From the NCBI GenBank assembly GCA_041492755.1, contig JBGPXN010000090.1, forward strand, positions 1 through 17,452: a stretch of 17,452 nucleotides of DNA, given 5' to 3'. The notes under the pieces are model-generated. The model saw only the letters and a list, made by a program, of their open reading frames with translations. It ran no database searches and was not told the DNA's origin. Source of the stretch: Candidatus Methylomirabilia bacterium (GTDB lineage: Bacteria > Methylomirabilota > Methylomirabilia > Rokubacteriales > CSP1-6). The translations under genes were made by a program, and so were the position numbers. Positions 15,184-17,452 of the stretch are shown piece after piece. Each line of letters begins with the position of its first letter. Position 1 is the stretch's first letter.

Positions 15184-16038
15184 ATGACGTCGTTTGCAAA
15201 TGAAGCGAAGGCGCACTTGGCGGAGTACAAGCGCACGGCCCTTGGGGTGACGGACGACGGAGTCTGGGCTCGGAATGGTCGGTCCTACCCACACATCCTC
15301 CCGTCCCACCTTAAGGAGCTGAACGTGCTCGCGCCGTACCGCGAGGAATTCTGGCAGTACGCTGCGGAGGCGGGGATTCGCCTGCACTCCGACTTCCACC
15401 ATCTCAACTCGTCCCAGGCGCTAGCATTCAACCTGTTCTTCCCGGCTTTGGTCGGCGGGCCGGCACCGAGCAATCACCTCGTGTGGGCGCTCACTAACAA
15501 GAAGGCTGTTGTCAGGACGTGGGGTTTCGAGGCTGTCCCAGATCCGGTGGAGGGCACCAACTTCGACCTGTTGCTCGAATTGGACTCGGGTGGAAGGGTT
15601 TACGTCGAGGTGAAGTTCACCGAGACTACCTTTGGTACCGCGATCCCGGATGACTCGCATCGGCGCAAGCTCGACCAGCTGTATCGACCGCGACTCGGAG
15701 CGACGGTGTCATCCGACTTCCTCGAAGAAGCTAAATTCTTTCCGAACTATCAGCTGTTCCGGAACATTTCCCACGCCCGCCCCGATCTTGATGCGGTGGT
15801 CTTTGTCGTTCCCGCTCGCAATCGCTCCGCCGCAAGCCACGCCGAATTGGTGCTGGCCAGCGCGCTGCTCCCTGGGGTGATGGGAGTTCGACTCGTAACG
15901 GTGGAGAGCATAGTCGAAGCAGTCACTGCAGGTCGCGTCACGGCCGCCGACTCGTTCACCGAACACTACAGACTCCTTCGTGAGAAGTATCAGTGGGCGG
16001 AGGGAGGAACGGCGGGATCTCCCCGTCCTTCGGGCTGA
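15184..16038 (+). CDS. PD-(D/E)xK restriction-endonuclease-like protein (PGN_0703-like)
   Basis: HHLNSSQALAFNLF, FE...EGTNFD, VEVKFTE..FG and YQLFRN motifs; GGAGGT RBS. Confidence 0.8.
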   Translation: MTSFANEAKAHLAEYKRTALGVTDDGVWARNGRSYPHILPSHLKELNVLAPYREEFWQYAAEAGIRLHSDFHHLNSSQALAFNLFFPALVGGPAPSNHLVWALTNKKAVVRTWGFEAVPDPVEGTNFDLLLELDSGGRVYVEVKFTETTFGTAIPDDSHRRKLDQLYRPRLGATVSSDFLEEAKFFPNYQLFRNISHARPDLDAVVFVVPARNRSAASHAELVLASALLPGVMGVRLVTVESIVEAVTAGRVTAADSFTEHYRLLREKYQWAEGGTAGSPRPSG

Positions 16039-16541
16039 GCCATGTCGCCGGGCGCCGCGCCGCCAGTTCGTGCGTGAGGCGACTCTCCATGACGAGATCG
16101 TTCCGCAGGCGGTAGCCCGAGAACGCGACCCGGCCATCGGTGGGCTTGGTCGGGCCTGTTCGAACTGGGGCGGCGCGTAGCTCGGGAACTGGTGGAGGAC
16201 GATGACGCCGGCGCGGCACAGCCGCGCACGGGGGCGTCGGCGGCGCCTGCTTGGGTGTGCAGAAGCTGAAGCCACCCCCGATCCATGAACGCGAGGAAGA
16301 GCAAGGTCCTGCGGAGCCCGTGATGGCGAAGAGCGCGGCGGTCTCTGCGCTCAGCATCATCGCGGTCCTCTGCCGAGTACCCAGCGCGCGATGCGCAGGC
16401 ACAGGGAGGAACCACAGCCGTGAGCCCAAGGAGGGGCCAGGCGAAGCTGGGAACGCAGCCTGAGGACGGTGTGCCGCACCGCCTCGCGCCTACCCGGAAA
16501 CGCAGGTAGCATAAGCCCCGCGACGCCAGGAGGGACCCGCC

Positions 16542-17452
16542 ATGAAAATGTACGTGGCCGGCCAGTGGATCGACAAGCCCCAGACCATCGAGGTCCGTAA
16601 TTCCTACGACAACTCCGTGATCGACACCGTGCCCCGCGCGGATCGCGGCGACGTGGAGCGCGCGCTGCAGTCGGCGGAGCGGGGCGCCAAGGTCATGGCC
16701 AAGCTCTCCACCCACGAGCGCTGGCGCATCCTCCGGAATGCGGCCGATCTCATCGCCGCGCGCAACGAAGACCTGGGCGCCCTCATCTCGCGGGAGGAGG
16801 GCAAGATCATTGCCGAGGGGCGGCTGGAGGCGGCGCGGGCCGTCGATACCATCACGGAATCGGCGGAGGCGACCAAGCGCGTGCACGGCGAGACGGTGCC
16901 GGTGGACGGTGCCGCCTACGGCAAGGGCAAGATGGGCCTCACGCTGCGGGTGCCGTGCGGCATCGTGCTGGCCATCAGCCCGTTCAACTTCCCGCTCAAC
17001 CTGGTCTGCCACAAGGTCGGGCCCGCCATCGCGGGCGGCAACGCCGTCATCGTCAAGCCCGCCACCGACACGCCGCTCAGCGCGCTCCGGCTCACCGAGA
17101 TCCTGCTCGAGGCGGGGCTGCCGCCGGAGGGGATCAACACGCTGACCGGCGGCGGGGGCGAGATCGGCGACCTGCTCGTCGGCGATCGCCGCGTGCGCAA
17201 GATTACTTTCACGGGCAGCCGTGACGTGGGCGAACACATCTGCCGGCTGGCCGGCATCAAGCGGGTGACGATGGAGCTGGGCAGCAACGCGCCGCTGATC
17301 GTCATGCCCGATGCCGACCTCGACAGGGTCGCGACGGCGGTGGCGGCCACCGGCTACGCCAACGCCGGTCAGGTCTGCATCTCGACCCAGCGCGTGCTCG
17401 CCGCGGGCAAGATCTACGACGACTTCCTGCACGCGCTCACGCCGAAGGTGGC
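16542..17452 (+). CDS. Aldehyde dehydrogenase family protein; runs off the window end
   Basis: Not in the ORF track. AGGAGG RBS then MKMYVAGQW...ISPFNFPLNL...KPA...FTGS...MELGSNAP...NAGQVCIS (catalytic Glu and Cys). Candidate -10 TAGCAT at 16507. Confidence 0.95.
   Translation, partial: MKMYVAGQWIDKPQTIEVRNSYDNSVIDTVPRADRGDVERALQSAERGAKVMAKLSTHERWRILRNAADLIAARNEDLGALISREEGKIIAEGRLEAARAVDTITESAEATKRVHGETVPVDGAAYGKGKMGLTLRVPCGIVLAISPFNFPLNLVCHKVGPAIAGGNAVIVKPATDTPLSALRLTEILLEAGLPPEGINTLTGGGGEIGDLLVGDRRVRKITFTGSRDVGEHICRLAGIKRVTMELGSNAPLIVMPDADLDRVATAVAATGYANAGQVCISTQRVLAAGKIYDDFLHALTPKV

Larger units (their letters stand above)
13124..16038 (+). mobile_element. Integron gene-cassette array (4 cassettes) with no integrase in the window (CALIN-like)
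   Basis: Co-oriented ORFs separated by three 70-78 bp attC hairpins. Cassettes span 13125-13736, 13737-14612, 14613-15161 and 15162-~16038. DNA is visibly more AT-rich than the flanking genes. Confidence 0.88.

Noticed and set aside
15990..17432. 480-aa minus-strand ORF
   Set aside because: Mostly antisense to the aldehyde dehydrogenase, which has the RBS and catalytic motifs.

Overview
GC-rich bacterial window, possibly a Rokubacteria/Methylomirabilota-type genome; that assignment is only a guess from gene style. Positions 1-10444 hold ordinary metabolic and transport genes: an arfB-PaaI thioesterase-sulfatase operon, a PHB-depolymerase-type esterase, DUF445, a family-5 peptide ABC binding protein with two permeases, a MATE pump and a beta-hydroxyacid dehydrogenase. 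Two genes in this stretch (adenine deaminase-like and D-2-hydroxyacid dehydrogenase-like) have lost their middles by in-frame deletion. Positions ~10450-16450 are an accessory region with a frameshifted DUF222-HNH gene, gene relics and an integron gene-cassette array with no integrase in the window. The array has an attI-like core at 13124 and three attC hairpins (13673, 14547, 15090). Its cargo is a small two-gene toxin/immunity-like pair, a papain/C39-like peptidase, an HNH-like nuclease and a PD-(D/E)xK nuclease. Just upstream of the attI-like core are five GCATC-N8-GATGC-type dyads that no annotated feature explains. A partial aldehyde dehydrogenase ends the window. Family assignments come from recalled motifs, not database searches.
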